Below, in pieces: positions 61,488-64,000 of a stretch of DNA of 64,000 nt (its first letter is position 1; each line of letters starts with the position of its first letter). The stretch is from Azolla caroliniana. Its lineage: Eukaryota; Plantae; Polypodiophyta. Location of the stretch: contig JBHGNT010000001.1 in assembly GCA_043228905.1 (NCBI GenBank), forward strand, positions 31,248,001 to 31,312,000, given 5' to 3'. The notes beneath the pieces are model-generated. The model did no database searches. It worked only from the letters and a program-made list of their open reading frames with translations, and had not been told where the DNA came from. The translations under genes and the position numbers were made by a program.

Positions 61488-64000
61488 GAGATCAACTTAA
61501 ATGTGATGATAATTCTTGTCAAACTTTTCTGTGAAGATTGTGTGTGCTCCAAAGGTTCAAGCCCTTAAATCCAAGGGTTTCCAATGTGTTGAAAGGGAGC
61601 AGTTTTTGTGATCTTTGCTTAAGCCTCATGTCCTTGATTCCAAGGTTTCTACAACAATGTGTTAAAAATGGAGCCATTTTTATGATCTTTGGTTATGTTT
61701 AGGAATAGACATGGGCAACTAATCGTTTCATATGCATATGTATGATTCATTTATATCATGTTACTTACCAACAATATCAACACCAATACTTGGCAGGATG
61801 AATATATGCACACACATATATGAGGACTTTAGAAGAGGGCAAATTCTGATTATTGTTTTCAGTGTGATTAATGAAACTTCCTCGCGAAAGCCTCCATGAA
61901 AGATTGATGACATTGACAAAGCCTAATTACTACCTAGATAGAAAGGTGTGTACAATGCTTGCAATTCAAGTTCCATAGAAATCTTATTGACAAGCGATGC
62001 ATGCAATCTTTACTTGTTTTCTATAATAGTAGACTCAACATACATGTATCACAAAGGTTCATTTAATGTAGAGAACTTTTCCTCAACCGTTGTCATGGAT
62101 GGAAACAACACTATTTACGATGCACTTTTCATTTTTTTCTTCTCTCTTTTCTCTGCATGTATTCCCTTTTACTTTGATTTGTTGCTGATTTGGCGCCCAT
62201 TACTAGTGCTGTCATTGTTTTTTGTCTTGTAGTCAATGTCCTTCAATTGTTTTTCCATCTCCTTCACATTGTTCTTGTAACGTCGTTGCACAACCGTGTG
62301 ATTGTTTCGTGCATATAACTAGTATTTTCTATAAAACAAAACATTAGAAATGCATCCTCTTCCCTATATATTTCACAATATCACAATATCATAGATGAAT
62401 ATTTAGACCGGACAAAAGGTCACCATCAAATATGATACAACATGAGCATCAAATTGAATTTGTTTGTTGATCAGTTGTTATGGAATGACCACTTTAACTA
62501 TATGACCCATTGTCGACATTACGGATCTCATTTGTGTGATCATCACTTTTGTTGTAATTGATGCATCTCTCTTTCACTTTTGTACTCTCAAGTCATGTGA
62601 AGCAAAAGACATTTAAACTATGATTGACAAACTAGTGGTTGGCAATAGTGCTTCCCCTATAAATGTTGTCACATGCATACACTACTAGATCATAAGTCTC
62701 TGTACATTCGGCTAGGCCAATTTGCGATACAATCTAGAGACATGCCATTTCTTGCTACGAAACAGCCTTTAGTGTGTTTTCCGAGGATTGAAAGGAAAAG
62801 GTCTAGGGTTGCTTTCAAGTTCGTCCGAGATAAAAAAAGAGAAGTTATTTTACAAATTTTAGTGTAAAAACTAGCAATCATGATTGTGAGGAATTATGGA
62901 TGCTATGACTTTTTTCACTATCGATCACAATATTGTATTGTAGACCCACTCAGATGGTTTGATGGATTAATCACCTATGGTAGAACTCCTCTACAACTAG
63001 TTGCCAACGTTATATCAACTCCCTATCATATGCATCCATGTGTTCCTTGCTAACAAATCATTAGCTATTGAGTAGATTAAGTCATGTTCATATGCTTGTG
63101 CTAACACATCCACATGTAATGCCCAAATGTTTTATTTATACATAATGTTTTAGGTGATGTTAACAAGTGAATGACCAAAGGTTTCCCTACTTCAAAGTTG
63201 CATGTATCTCCCTTGTATATCTCATTGGTTCTCTCTAGAGTAAGTTCACTAGTAAGTTCCATGATTACCTTAAAGGTTAAGGGACATATTTATCAATGCT
63301 TTGTTTTGATGTAATGAACACCATCCTTCAAGATCCCCAACTTATAATAAGCATAAGCATGCACATTATGTGAATTTTGGCTTAGCGTGCAACCCACACC
63401 CCCAACCAAACAAAGAGCAACATCCTTATGCTCAAAGAAAATCCTCATCCTTATGCAACCCACTTGCCCTAGTTGGACACATGTATGTGTAGAAGAAGAG
63501 AAAAAACATTTCCCTGGATTCTATAATTTGATGTGTAGAGTGACAACAAGTCAATGTGCAAAATGATGAAAATTTAAAGCATGTATTTTAAAAAAACTAT
63601 GCTTTTGCTTTTTTCTAAATGGATTTTCTTGACCAATGACACTTTCCTAGACATCTTATTCTTGACTCTTAGACCAATGCTTTTAATTCTCGAGTTCATG
63701 GCACACGTCTTCACATAGCGAATTGGTACCATAAAACTAGTAAGGCCATGCAATTCCAGACATGAAAGGGTACTCTTTCACTTGGTGAATTTACACCCAA
63801 GCAATGTGCCCCCCTTCAATGAATTTGTACAAAAACTAGGGAAAGACAAATTTAGTTGAATCCGTCACTTAATTTAAAATATTGAAATTTTGCTTAGAGA
63901 ACAAGTTTGAGTTTGACAAAATTAAACTCTCTATAACTATGTAGAGCTAAGAGTAGTACCATGATGGGATTTAATGAATTTGGAAACTATATGGAGGAGA

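Noticed and set aside
61900-64000. Possible transposase relic at the right end
   Set aside because: No convincing catalytic motif, TIR or TSD is visible.

Overview
Eukaryotic nuclear DNA from a land plant. It is AT-rich, with short GT-AG introns and GA/CT microsatellites; a fern or other non-seed plant is my inference, not something the sequence proves. Five intron-containing genes were reconstructed by hand: AMP deaminase (minus strand, runs off the left edge), a GT47 exostosin/EGF glycosyltransferase resembling ExAD, eIF4B, a CLEC16A/TT9(GFS9)-like gene with 22 exons, and an LRR-VII (IRK/PXC2-like) receptor kinase. An intact, apparently very young, GC-rich Ty1/copia element (13790-19585) has CATAT target-site duplications. 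Its LTRs look identical except for 10 versus 12 copies of a 28-bp hairpin-forming U3 repeat. Other notable items: a ~100-bp chimeric organellar insert (mitochondrial-type rRNA plus plastid atpA) inside a TT9 intron, a GC-AG intron, an intron with U12-like signals, an RLK that has lost its glycine-rich loop, a pogo-like TA/CAGT MITE, and LINE and copia remnants. No CRISPR array or prokaryotic system is present.
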